Positions 12,590 through 25,501 of a stretch of DNA of 64,000 bases are shown piece by piece. The translations under genes were made by a program, and so were the position numbers. The notes beneath the pieces were generated by a model that did no database searches, was not told the DNA's origin, and worked only from the letters and a program-made list of their open reading frames with translations. The number at the start of each line of letters is the position of its first letter. Position 1 is the first letter of the stretch. The stretch is from Marsupella aquatica (lineage: Eukaryota > Plantae > Marchantiophyta): positions 7,671,251 through 7,735,250 of the forward strand of contig OZ316892.1 of assembly GCA_973895155.1 (NCBI GenBank). The letters run 5' to 3'.

Positions 12590-12789
12590 TTGGAGTTCTG
12601 ATTATTTGCTCGGCCCCTGGTCGTCTACGTTGTGGCCCTGATTTAATCCTCTCTCCTTCCTGGTGCGGGTCCTTGTCGGTTCCATTGGGGCTCACCCTGG
12701 TCTGGGTTCCCTACAGATAAACTGTCGCATTGGGATGGGGGGAGTCTAATTGTATTTCCTCACCATTTTTGTTAAAGACAAAAAAGAAA
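12590..12789 (+). mobile_element. 5'-truncated copy of the tRNA-derived SINE at 29227-29633
   Basis: Matches the reverse complement of the SINE 3' half (GTGGCCCTGATTTAATCCTCTCTCCTT...GGTGCGGGTCC...CTCACCCTGGTCTGGGTTCCCTACAG...GGAGTCTAATTGTATTTCCTC). Ends in an A-rich tail. Confidence 0.8.
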
Positions 12790-15700
12790 CTTGACATTTA
12801 AAAGTTTAGAACCCTTCTTTCATATATAAGCTGTTAACAATTCTACCTACAAGCTGTATGAAAACAGCCTATTATTTGTCATATTTGACAGTCAGCCACC
12901 ATTAAAGTGACACCCTTCCTCTGGACCCCAGGAATCCTTGTGACAGTTGGGGGACCCAAAGGAACGCTTCTAGGGGACTATTGGGCCATCAAGTACTTTC
13001 TATATAACAGACCTTCAGAGTATTCCCCCTCAAGCCAGTTGAGCTACTTGAGGTAGTATATATATTTACTCTGTTTTCGGTTCCCTGAGCAAAGACATTC
13101 ACTAAATTTCCCCTCAAGCCACTTGTATGGCTTGAGGTTTAACTGAACTAAGAGAATCTTCCGTCACCCAATGCATGTGATATATATTTTTTTTAATTGG
13201 GTTCTAACTTATCTGCAAATATCATACTCTAGCAAAAGCTTAAGAGGGCCCGACCATTCAACATAAAGAAGCTTAAAGGCTTCACAAACTCAAGTACATC
13301 TACTAGAAGTGATGATGCTGATGTTCACCTACCAGAAGGGATACATTACAGATTGTGAGGGGCAGCTACACCTACTAAGGGAAGGTGCTTAGCAATAAAA
13401 ACACGTACTGTAGTAGCGTGCATTCCTTGTGCATGAGAAAGTTAGGTATGGTGCAAAGTTAGAGAAATGTACTTTCATGGACCCCATGGGTGATCTAGAC
13501 AATTGGAAGACTTTATATTAAATTACCAAAAACCTCATGGAGCCTCATGGGTCCATCAAGTAAGAATTTTGAATTTAGATGTCTAAGTATCAAGTATATC
13601 CCTCTGCAAGTTATCACAAGAAAATGTATCAAAGCCTTGTGAAAGTTATAACTTGTACCGTACTTTGTGTTTTGCTTAAAGCACCAGTGGCCATATAAAA
13701 GCTAGAAATTCCAAAGCCAGTGCACCTAATTCAATGCACTCTGCTCAGTACGCTTTAGCATGCTTTAGGGTCCATCCAAGTTTTAAAGATGGAGCCTGAT
13801 TACCCATTTCCTTGTAAGTAAATAGAAATGAAGACAAAGAGAATTTTTGAAAGAAAAAAATTCTATGCTATTTCCCATCACAGTTATTTGTGCACACTCA
13901 CTTTCAATATTATCTTTATTTAGAATTACGATAAGTTTTGTCCTCATTGAGAGTTATTGTCTATAGGCCCTTTATTAGTAAGATGAGATAAGCAAGAAGG
14001 ACGTCAATTCCGTTATTGTTTTTCGCCTTGAAAACTCTGTTATTCTTTTCAATGTCACAACTTCTCCAATTGTCTCATGCAAGCGACTCTCTTCAGTTCC
14101 AATGTGCTGTAAATTACTTCTAATTTTGTGAAAATTATCACCACTCACACCCACTCAAACTTCTGTCCAACTGGATCAGACATTGAATGTCAGAACCTTT
14201 TCCAGAACATCATGTGACAATCAATTGCTCGAGTCAGAATGTCAGTAGAGTCCATTAATTCGCCAGACAGTAGTCCTTCCTGCAACTTACCAGCCAGCCG
14301 TTATTCGACTGTCATGACAGAGAAAACCCATCGATTCAAGTAACTCATTGGCTACTGGAGACCAATAATCTCAGAGGGAGAGCTCTGAGCTGCGAGCGTT
14401 GGATCAATCACTGAAAAGGTTGAAAGAGAAGGATTAATTTGATGATTCTAGGCTCTCAATCTTCTACAGGGCCGTAATGCCAGCCACAACACGTGATTTT
14501 CAGCTCCGTGTACTGCAGGTATATACAGATAGATCAGTCCAAATAGTGACGATTGACTGGTGGAGCGAATGCTGTAGGTCCGTTAAGATTGGGCACATTC
14601 TACAGAACAATAGCAGGATTTACGATCGTTCAATTCTTAACTTTCTTAATTTGATATGACCGAAACAAGCATTACAGATTATGGTGACGAAAGCCTTGAT
14701 CAGTTTCTGCTTTGCAAAAGTAAGACCACATTGCACTTAGAAGCCCGGCTTGAAATTAAAGGTGCGTCATTTCGAGATATAAGCAAATCACGAATTTATC
14801 CAGTGAAGTGAAGCAGTTGAATCCCGAAGTTTGGGCTCATGTGCACAGACAACCCGCAATCTAGAGATGTCATCAAGTCCGCTGGACTGCACGATGACAG
14901 TTATGTGGTTTGTTACCCAATTCAACAAACCGCATAACTCCAACTTTTCCTGGTATATATCTCCAACTTGTCCTGGTATTTGCAATTTTTCTTGACGATG
15001 CTAATTATGAAATTGAAAGAACTTAAGCTCGATTAGGCCTTGGGATCGGAGACCAACAATTCTACCGAGACGAAGTCTATCTATATTCAGAAGCGAAGTT
15101 CCAGGACGTAGTTCTCAAGGTAAAGATTTCTAGACAAGGCCATTCGGATATTTCCGTGGTAGAATACAAAGCTCTTCGTATAACGTCGGTCGGCTTAAAT
15201 CGTGGGTTTCGATTTTGGTGGTATATAAGCTATTGTTATCAACACTGTAGAAAATTTTTTTTGCATGTATGCACTTCGAGATCAGATCAGAACCGATTGA
15301 GAAGGCCAATTTCGTTACAATTATCTGAAGTAGCATGTTGCTTAAACAATTATTGCTCCCACAAATGATCGAAAGGGATGATTGTCGGTTTGTCCATTCC
15401 CGGTCCGTTCGTTTACGTATTTCTAAGTTTCGACTTCCTACTCTAGCTCCCAATGCATTGTGCTTTCATCTTTTAATCTTGTCAACGAGGTCTGACCAGC
15501 GGCCAGTACTTTTCCTGGCGAAGAATTAGATGTGGCGGAGAACATTCAGTCCAGATATTTATGTTATGTTATCATGCATTCCTACGGGCATTTTTAGACA
15601 ATATTCAGTTCCGTAGTTAAATGTTTGTCAAAAATACAGGAGATGATCTCGATGGTTCAATTTTTCTTCCTGACGAGAGCTCCTTGCAAGTTCTGCGATG

Positions 15701-16042
15701 TCCAACCGGTTTCCCTCTCTTCTTTGATTCCCTCTCTATCATCCTTCCACTGCACTACACTCCTGTCAAGCCCTCACCAACCAGGTACCCGTCCAAATTA
15801 CCGACGGTAGTAGTTCATGAATGGCATTGAAGCTAGAGTGATTAACATGTCCTACTGCCTTCCCTCCTAGAACTGCCCATATATAGTTGTGAAGCCCCGA
15901 CAATGAGTTACACGAAGCAATACAGAAAGGCGATTAGAAAATGAAAGGTTCAATTAAGACTTGTAGTACCGAAGGGCAAAACAACAGTATTGTGAAAGTA
16001 GGTTTTGTCCCTAATATACAGTTGCATAATCAATTATCGAGT

Positions 16043-16150
16043 AATATATTGATGGTAGACAGTACCCACGTCTAATACTCGATTGCGAGTGTTATTACAC
16101 GGTCAAACAGCTATTTGTAGCAGTGTAGTACTGTCTACCATTAATATATT
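16043..16150. repeat. Inverted repeat / hairpin (22 of 23 bp stem), MITE-like or miRNA-like
   Basis: AATATATTGATGGTAGACAGTAC (16043-16065) pairs with GTACTGTCTACCATTAATATATT (16128-16150). Confidence 0.75.
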
Positions 16151-16594
16151 CCAGGTCGTCATGCAAAAGCATCAATCTTGGAACAAAGCCTAAACTCAGA
16201 ATTCTGCTCCACAATTGCCATCCCGGCGCACGAGCGTATCAAGGTATTAACGGGGGTATCAACAGCCTTGGATTATATCATGTGTCTCCAAAAGTATTGC
16301 AACTTGTGCTCGCTTGGCCACTCCTTGTTTGAACATTTTCTGTCTGTTCTTCTCGGAAAACTGAATATGACCTACCTACTGTCCTCTCGTCTATCGGCTT
16401 CGAATTAACTATGTACAGTACTGAAAATGGCACGATTTGAAACACCGCCGCTTCCTTCAGTGATATTGTCAACGTGAACTAAATTCGTCTAGTGGCTCGA
16501 CTGTTAATTTACATGCACGCAATATAGTGTATAAGAAAATTAAATTTGTCTCAGTGATCCATTTGCTCCGCGGTCTCTTCGCATCTCAATTAAC

Positions 16595-17371
16595 CTATGA
16601 ACTGCAAAAGCTGAAAGCATTGGAGCACATCATGGCCTTGAACTCGAAGAAGTCCACTTTTCCGTTGCCATCAGCATCGACTCTTTCGATCATCTTTTGG
16701 CAGCTCATCAAGCTTCGTCCTTCCGGCAGCCCCAACTTGAGTAAAACTTGCTGAAGCTCAAGTACAGTGATCAAACCATCCTTATTCTCATCAAAGACGA
16801 AAAAAGCTTTGAGAAGATTCCCTTCCTCGTCATCATCCTTCTTTGTTTCATTTGGGCAATGGTTATCTTCCGCGGTGGAATTCGCTCCTTGTCCTCCACA
16901 CAACGAGCTGTACAATGAGAAGAATTCCTCAAAGTCTAGAACGCATTTATCACTATTTGTATCGACAGACCCCACCATTTCTTTCACTGTTTGGTCCGAC
17001 AATTCAAACCCCAGCCTCCTCACGTATTGCTGCAATTCCGCTGCAGATATGAGCCCGTCCTTGTTGTCGTCGAACAAGTCAAACACTTGCTTCAATTCTG
17101 ATCGGTCACACTTGTGCATGGTGCTGGGAGTAGCAGGGGATAAGCAGACATTCTCTACATTGATGCTGTGACTGTCTTTTTGACTGCCAGTCTGATGCTG
17201 ACCAAGTAGCAGGTCACCTTTCCTGCGTTTGTTTCTCCGGTCTCGACAATCTGCAATCGCTTTACGCCTCTTCAGCTCAGCCTTTATCAAGGTGGTACGG
17301 TACGTCAACACTACTTTTTGCCAGAATTGAAATGCAATGTTCCTCATTGCCTCAACAATTGCCTCCATCAT
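16595..17371 (-). CDS. Calmodulin-like (CML) EF-hand protein, 258 aa, tandem paralogue of 6145-6906
   Basis: EF loops DDNKDGLISAAE, DTNSDKCVLDFEE (degenerate, one extra residue), DENKDGLITVLE and DADGNGKVDFFE. C-lobe nearly identical to the 6145-6906 protein. Confidence 0.93.
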   Translation of the reverse strand: MMEAIVEAMRNIAFQFWQKVVLTYRTTLIKAELKRRKAIADCRDRRNKRRKGDLLLGQHQTGSQKDSHSINVENVCLSPATPSTMHKCDRSELKQVFDLFDDNKDGLISAAELQQYVRRLGFELSDQTVKEMVGSVDTNSDKCVLDFEEFFSLYSSLCGGQGANSTAEDNHCPNETKKDDDEEGNLLKAFFVFDENKDGLITVLELQQVLLKLGLPEGRSLMSCQKMIERVDADGNGKVDFFEFKAMMCSNAFSFCSS

Positions 17372-19264
17372 GTCTGATATATGTTTATTTAATGCTCCGT
17401 AGCACGAAAGCTAAATACACGAAATGTCACTCTGCGATGAAAGAGTAGTGCTGTGACAAAGTAAATCCTGAACCCTTGAGCTAGAGTTAGGCAACCAGTT
17501 AGATACCAGTAACCTGACTGACTTAAATATGTAAGAAAATAGAAACTCTTTTAGTGTCTTCACAAAGGCCCCTTCTTGATTCGTGCCAGTGTCAAACGTA
17601 AGAGCAATATCGAAAATTCAGAGCGCAACATTCTTCACTTAGTCACTCTCTCACTATCTAGAGACCTCGAATGAAGTTAGTTCATAATGTCCTGATCTCA
17701 GACACAAGATATGTTGGAGCAATTTGATTGTGGAGGACGACGACGAAGAACTGTCGAACTAATTTCAACCCATTGTACATTTCAACCCATAGTAGTCGTC
17801 GATCGAGTTAATATGAAGCCAAGTTTGCTCATCAGAGCCAGTTGAACAGGCTTAGACTTGAACTTTACTCGCGTACTGGGTATAAGTGAAGCAAGCAGAA
17901 CAACTTGACGGAGCAGTGACGTGAGCGACGACGGAGACAAATGATTGATGTAATAAGGCAGCACACTGGAATCAAATTGAAGTGAGGCGGAGGGAAATTG
18001 AGCAGAATGGGATGGAAAAGAGTTGGGTGAGTGTTCAAGGTAGTGGATAGCGGCGCGCACTGCCCGGGAGAAGAGTGGAGCTAGCGCCGACAGCAAATTA
18101 ATTGCGCCGCGCGCATACAGGGCGAAGATTGGAACTCTCTAAGCAAATGGCGGCGCATACTATACTGCAATTTCAGAACGAGTCCGATTTTATGTCTACT
18201 GCTGTCTCGCTCTCCCTTCTTAAATCCAAGACGGGATCCAAGAGCAGACTGCAGCGTGCAATGCTGACGATACATGTTCACTTGCACATGCATGCTAAGA
18301 ACGAACTAGCTTGACACTGCTCTTGAAGAATAAGCTTGCGGAAGACGCGCTCTCGCTCGTCGAAACTTTCGTTCAGTTCAAAATGGAAAATGTGTAAACT
18401 CAACCACGCGGTTCGATCGATAAGCAAAACCATTTATTGGTTTTCAAAGAACCACATATGAAACTGAAAAATTTGAGCAAGAGACGATGAAAGATTCGCT
18501 TGACTCCTCTCGGCTCTAACTAAATTTTGTTCCGAAAGGCAGCTAAATGTTTTTCCCCCCTAGGTTTCATCTTTCAGTTGACATCTGCCCCGCGAGCTCC
18601 TTCTGACCAGGTCGGTCAAGACCCACGAAGACTAAAGTCAACCCATGTCTGTTGCCATAGACTCATAGAGTTTCAAATCTAGTTTTAGGAACTTAAATTT
18701 AACGAGAACGGCACTAGAGAAGGCAGACGGAAAGAATCGTTTGCCATTTGTCAGCACCTCCGTCTTGTCGCTGTATCCCAAGGCTACAGTCGAGGCACAA
18801 GACTTTGACCTTCGGTCCATCCTCATGTGCGACTGAACTCGTCATCCTCGAAGAAACTCAGTCCACGTCTTGATTGAGTAGACTGCTCGTCATAGTTCAA
18901 GCATCAATTTCGAAGGGGTTTCACGAATCCATGGATGAATTGGAAGGTGATTACAAATTAGTAGTACCTAGGCAAAGACAAAATGTAAAACAAAGGGACG
19001 ATGATTACAAGTGAGCGAGTTCAAAGATAGAGAAGGGGCGATTACAAGTAGACTAGTAGACAAATTTTCGATTCTCTCAGTTGGACCAACCGACAATTCA
19101 GAACACCACAGAATTGCCTGGAAGGGTCATGTCAGTGGGAGGGTATGCGACTATTGTGACTGCTACTGTATTAATATGGACTAGACTTGAACAGTTTTGG
19201 ATACGCTATTGACCAAAGGCCAGGTCTGGAGCTAAGAGTTACCTCGCATAGCTGACCCGCACAA

Positions 19265-19445
19265 TTAGGCCCTTTAGACCCCTCAATTTCCATGATAAAG
19301 CCTAGAGCCAAGGAACACAGGATTGCCTTCAGTGTCTTTGTTTTTCAGAACCCCTCAAATATAGGCCCCTTAGACCCCTCAATTTCCATAATAAAGCCTT
19401 TACCCCAGGACCACAGGATCACCTTGCCTTTGTTTTTCAGAACAC
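19265..19445. repeat. ~95-bp tandem duplication
   Basis: TAGGCCCxTTAGACCCCTCAATTTCCATxATAAAGCCT...CACAGGAT...TTTGTTTTTCAGAAC occurs twice. Related degenerate units continue at 19990-20260. Confidence 0.7.
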
Positions 19446-21129
19446 TTCAATCTTACATTGAACTAGCCCGGGTCCCCCTGCATATGCACAGGAAGAGTTC
19501 CCTGTGCCCAAACTCCTCACGTCCATCCGTACTCACAAGGAGTCTATACATCACATATTTCTCTTAGTAGATAAATTATGACCTAAGGCTTCACTCTATT
19601 AGAGTAGGTCATCAACCCTAGACTTTAATCATCAATTATAGTATAGATTCTGCATAAACCACATGGATGATGCATACTCTTAGCACATACGGGTAAATGA
19701 AACTCACCAAGAGCCTGCCAAACCCAAAGAACAAGCCCAAAATGTGAATGGTCCTTCCTGTTTTTCCTTGGCCGTGTGGCAATTTTCTCCCAGGTTTTAC
19801 AAATGTTTCAAGGTCTCCACTAGATGACAAGAATGTAAGTGCAATATCTCTGTAAGAGTGCATATGCACTCGTTGATAAGAGCTGTTATATGGTCCAGAG
19901 CACTTATTGCTTGTAGACACTTGTATCAGTGTGTATTGAAGCTCATGAAGGTCCCTTTTAACCTGATTTTGCGAAGTCCAATATACTTTTGATTTCCCTC
20001 AATTTAACCATAGAAGACTCCTGGTCTTTGGTCCCTTTTCCACCAGCTTTGCCGAGTCTAGTGTACCTAAAAAGTCTCCTCAATGTAACCTTTAATAGTA
20101 TTTAACTAAGCTAGAGACCTTGCCTTTGGTCCCTTTCTCACCTGGCTTTTGTCTGTCTAATATTCAGGATTTGACCAGTCTACTGTGTTAATACTCCCCT
20201 CAATCTATCCATAGAATGGTCCCTTAGCTAATTAGCTTTTCACCCAGCTTTTGCCCTGTCTAATTTACTTCACACTAGCCTGACTCCCTGGGCCTGCGTA
20301 GGCCCACGGGTGCCTTTCACCTATTGCCTCGCACCAGTACTTGCTGCCACCCAGAGTCATGGTCTAGAGGCTTCACTCTAGACCATAGGTTCTTTTGATT
20401 GCAAACTATTGGGTAAACTAGCTTGACTACCCTTTCTTTGAACTAAATAAATGTGTGGACAAAACAGGCTTTCCAAAAAAGTAGATTCCCTACTATCAAC
20501 CATTCAGACTCAAATGTTTAATAGGTCATGAGCCTAGCTTTGAAACACGATTGTATAGTAAGATTCTCCTCAATTTAATCCCTGGTTGCCAGTTTAAAAG
20601 GGCCCCAGCCCTGCCTGTAACTGTTCACTTTTGCCCAAGTGAACAGAGCCCCCCCCCCCCCCCCCCTAGTCTATGCAGCTCCATACCCTATCTGGTTTAC
20701 TGTCCGTCCATTTTCAGACTATGAAAACATCTGCCATGTATTGGATTGCCACTGTTTTTTGCATAATACATACCTTGCCAATGTCATTGTTTTTGTTTAT
20801 CACAATGTCATTGTTTTTGTTTGCAGGTTAAGAAAATTAACATGGGTGAGTTCCTTCACATCCAGTGGCTCTCATAGCACCCAGTCCCGCAATCGGATGG
20901 CTCTGGTCAAGTGGGCTTCGATCACCCTCAGCAGGACAGAGGCAGAGGTTGTGCACAAGGAAAGCTGGCCCCGAACAGAGGCTGGGCACAGGATGGGAGG
21001 ATGGGACCACTCATCCCACCCTCAGTCAACTGACTCAAGGGTAGTCAAAGTCACTTTGAGGGAGATGAATAAAAAGGGAAAAGTGTCAAACACTACATGA
21101 GAGCAAACGCAGTGACTAGTGTCCACATT

Positions 21130-21882
21130 GGAATATGTGACAAGAGCTAATGGGTCACATCCAATGTCCTAACCAAATTATCAAGTGGGATAGGAATGTC
21201 CTCTGGGGGGGCTAGCGTCTGCGGGGGCACATTGGCGCCCACAGTGAGGGATCAACGATAAATGGCTCGAGCCTGGGCACGTTGTAAGGCCACTGAAATG
21301 CGCAGACAAAAGTGTGTGGTCAAGATGGATAGTGGGGGTCCGGAGGAACCCATCCATCCGTGAATATCACGAGTAGCCTGTCGAAGAAGTCCATCAAACT
21401 GATGATGAAGATGCCCAAAGATCTCAATAGCCAGGGGGAGAAAGGTATCAGATGAAGCATGAGCGACATATTTTGTCTCCTTGGTTGAGGCCTCCCGAGA
21501 TGCTACTGTCCTTGCCATTGTCGCCACTATTTCAATGAGGTCCTGACGCAAAGGGTTTGCCACCACAACATCCGCCAAAGTATGTTGACTATCACAGACC
21601 ATGGTCAAATCAACCCGCAAGCGATGTGGGGGAGGACCAGGTAGCTCAAGCATCACCTCCCGTCGCATGTGTACCAAAGACCCAAAGAGAACCTGAGCAG
21701 TAGCATCGTTCACAACATCATGAACAACTATGGTTTCGCCTCCCAAACTGCATCGAAGGAGATGGACCCTTGCGGCATCACAAGGCTTCCCACATGTGCA
21801 TGAAGCGGGTAGACCAACAAGGAGAGGGTGAGAGAGTCCCATACGAAGACGAATGGCGGTGGAGAACCCCTCTAAAGACATC
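21130..21882 (-). mobile_element. Older fragment of a CRE-clade non-LTR retrotransposon (zinc knuckle plus restriction-like endonuclease region)
   Basis: ORF 21252-21881 carries CTCG...HLLRC, HDVVND, RVDL...LADVVVANP, KETKY, FLPLAIEIFG and ISVALQRAQA. It is colinear with 25720-26480. Confidence 0.85.
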
Positions 21883-23634
21883 TACTCCTTTGACAAGATA
21901 TGTACTAAAGAAACTTTAGGCAATCTATTGTAGTAAATTCCAATACATTGGGATTCCATTTTGCAAATTTCTTATTAACTCTTATAATACACAGTTGTGC
22001 CACTTTTTAGAGTGGTGGCCCTTCAAATTTGCAGGGCACAAAAATAAAATAAAAACTGGTCAATGTTAATTAATAAAGCCAAAGTGTGAATTGAGTTTAG
22101 TGTGACCTCACAAAAAGCTGTACTGTTGTCCAAGACAATCAATAACTAATCACATGAGACACCAAAAAAAGTGAATTAAAGACTTTAACACAATGCACCA
22201 TGAGCAAGGAGGATATTCCCTCCGTGATCCATGCAAGTATTGTATATATTCAATATTGTCTGCAGAATAGTTTTGTATAATATTGGTAAGAGGAGTTTAA
22301 TTGCTAATAATATTTTAGTCACTAGATCAAATTAAAAACTATTCTCCCAATATTTATGGTGATTTTTAAAGTCATTTGCACTGTCATTTTCAATGCCAAA
22401 AAACAAAAGTAGTAAGGCCCAAAGACATAGTGAAGCGCATGGCATGGGCGTTGATGGCAAGGTGTCGGGAGAGGGGCACAGTTGCAATGTAGGGCAGCCC
22501 CTCAGAGGGCTCCAGTCTCGCATGGGTGGGGAGGGAAGGGCTGTGAGCGAGTGGAGTGATGGTGAATGAGAAAAAGAGAAGACCAAAAATAGGGAAATTG
22601 GGACCAGGGGGAGGTTAATTTTTAAAGGAATATAAGAGGAAAAAAGGTTTAAATATGGGGAAAAAAGGGAAAAAAACATTTCTCATGTTGTTATACTTTT
22701 GTGGTTGTCATAGCCAATCTTTTGTGCAATGCCATCTTTTATTCAAGAATTTTTTTGTGCAAGGAGAAAAAAGAGAAAAAAGAAAAGGGAACTTTTGTGG
22801 CTCTCGTCGTCAGTATTTTGCACAATGATATCTTTCACTCAACAAAAGTTTTTGTGCAATAATTAATGTATTTTAACAAATTATTATTTTTATTCAATGA
22901 TATCTTTTGCACCACGATCTATTTCTCAACATCTTTAACCAAACAACATCTTTTATGCAATGCACGGGGATTGAAAGGATAGCGATAGAATGGTCATCTT
23001 TGCTAAACCCTAAACCCTAAAACATTAAACCTAAAACCAATAATATAAAGTTGCACCAATTTATAAAGTGGTCGTCATTCAAATGCAGGGGCATTTTGGA
23101 TAAATTTACAAAACAAAGAAAAAGACTCGCTCCTTCTCTCCTTGACTTTTTACTTCATAACATCTTTCACATAACAACAGTTTGGGTGAAACGACACCTT
23201 TTTTCTTATAACATCGTTTACTTCACGATATCTTTGGCAAAATGACTTCTTCTTTTTTAATGACATCTTTCACATAACAACATCTTGGGCGACATGACAT
23301 TTATTTTCTTAACAACATCTTTTGTGCAACGCACTGGTATTTTCTGTCAACGATGTATTGGCCGACATGACATCTTTTCCCTCGACAACGTCTGTGCCGA
23401 CACATTTTTTTTCTCAACGACATCTTGGCCGACATGACAATTTTTTTCTCAACAACCTCTTGGCCGACACAACATCTTTTTTTCTCAACGACTTCTTTTC
23501 TCTCAACAACCTCTTAATTGGCCAACACGGCATCTTTTCTCTCAACAACCTCTTGGCCAGCACAACATATTTTTTTCTTAACGACATCTTGGCCGACACG
23601 ACATCTTTTGTGCAATGCACGGGTAGTGAGCTAG
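21881..23634 (+). mobile_element. Non-autonomous Helitron-like element with a 35-bp minisatellite (3' end firm, 5' end tentative)
   Basis: 3' terminus GTGCAATGCAC (hairpin)-GGGTAGTGAG-CTAG|T at 23610-23635 matches the canonical plant Helitron end. The array at ~23130-23610 is the reverse complement of the 2790-3270 repeat. A candidate 5' end A|TCTACT sits at 21880/21881. Telomere-like CTAAACCCTAAACCCTAAA at ~23003. Confidence 0.6.
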
Positions 23635-25501
23635 TAAAGTATAAAGCCCCGTATAAAGCCATTCTTTGCTAGTCCCGGATCTGCCTGAGGTCTACATTTT
23701 GGAGCCATACATTAACCCCTCTGATGAGCAATTGAGATGACAATAAGGACCGACTTGATCAAGGATGTGACCGTACAGTGTGTACACTAAGAGCTACGTA
23801 CAGGTTACCCTAGTTGAAATACTGGCAGCTGAGGCTTAAAACCAACTTGGAGCTAACTCTAGTCATATGGTAATTGAACTTTCAGTTCAGCTTTGTGGTG
23901 GGGGCTCAAAAATGCCTCCAATTTTTTTTATGCGCTTACTATTTCCCGCATATGATTCTGAGCATACATACTATTTCTCTCCACATACTATTTCGAAACT
24001 AAAGCCCAGATGGACTGCTAGGTTGTCTCCATTTATCCCCATGGACTGTGACAGGGGACAGACCATATTACACATAATCATGAGATAGCTTCACTGCAAA
24101 TGGATGGTAAATTCTGTCATTATTTGTCCACCTACATTTCTGTCACACTAAGAACATAATGTGCACCAAATTCTGTCACGGTAAGAACATAACACCAAAA
24201 ACTGAAATTAAGAATGTAGAATTATGAAATAGAGAATAAAGATGCACATTTAACATTTCTTGTAGCTTCCGTAGCGGCAAAGTACTTGAAGCGCTCCTTG
24301 TAACAAGAGCGGCGTCATATGAATAACATGATTTCCAATAGCTCTGCAGCAAAAAAGACACTCTTTATGACAAGAACATTGCTCTCTGAAAAATATGATT
24401 CATCAACAATATTCCCCAAAGAAAAACCTTAAGTAGCTCGATAACAATAAAATTAGTCAAAACATTTTTTATAGCAAGAGCAATGGTCTCTGAAAATAGG
24501 ATTCCACAACAATGCTCATGTAAATTAAAAAAAAATTAGCTTCACAATGGAAAAATCTTGGGTCCTCATTTCCGTTCTTCCGACCCATCGCATTCGAAGA
24601 AGTGAGGGGTTTTTAATTCGAATGCGTGGATTCTAAGACTTTACAATTTTGTTGAAGAAATATAGGGGCATTTTAATCCAATTTTAGGAATTATAAGAAC
24701 TATAAGGTTTTTAATATCCAAAGTGAGAATATTCATAGAATATTCCATAAAGTTAGGGGTAAAAAATATAGTAAAAATCAACTTTATTTTCTTAAGTTTT
24801 AGGGTGTTATTACTTGTAAACTCCACACGTGATATGGGCCCCCGAGGGAAAAACGACTATATTTCCGATAACAAGCAATGCTCTATAAAAAATATTTTGC
24901 AACAACATTTCTGGAAATTGTATAATCATTCCGTAAAGTATCAATGCCCTAGAATCTCAAGAAAGTGTGTAGAAAAATTGTAATCTATATGTGACAATTG
25001 AGCTTATTTGGGCGCCACCTGGACTCCTTGGTGGGAATTGTCACCTTGGCTCATGAGTCATTTTTTTGCTTTCCCCCCTTTGCGGGGCTTTTGAATATTA
25101 AAAAATATTTTTTAGTAAATTAAATTCATTTGATTTTTATCATTGGGCAACCTACTTAAGGCTGTATGAATAAAATGTGAAGCACTCAATCTATTCAAAG
25201 TTTCATCTACTTTGGATAGATGAAACTTTATAAGGTCTTTACATAAGAACCAAATTAAATGTACTTTAAATGTTATTTTTTATTAAACTCTTAAAAATAG
25301 GTAGAGTAATTATGTGGAGGGGAAGAGTATTGGGAGAAAGCAGCGAAGCTCTCAATAAAAAATGGCTATGGCCACTGACATATTTTTAGGATAGAAGTGA
25401 TGACAGAGTTAGTGACTTAGAAAATTTATGGATAGAAGTGCAGATTTGGTTACTGACACTGTACTTTATGGACAGAAATGTAAATAGCAATGTCCAAACT
25501 T

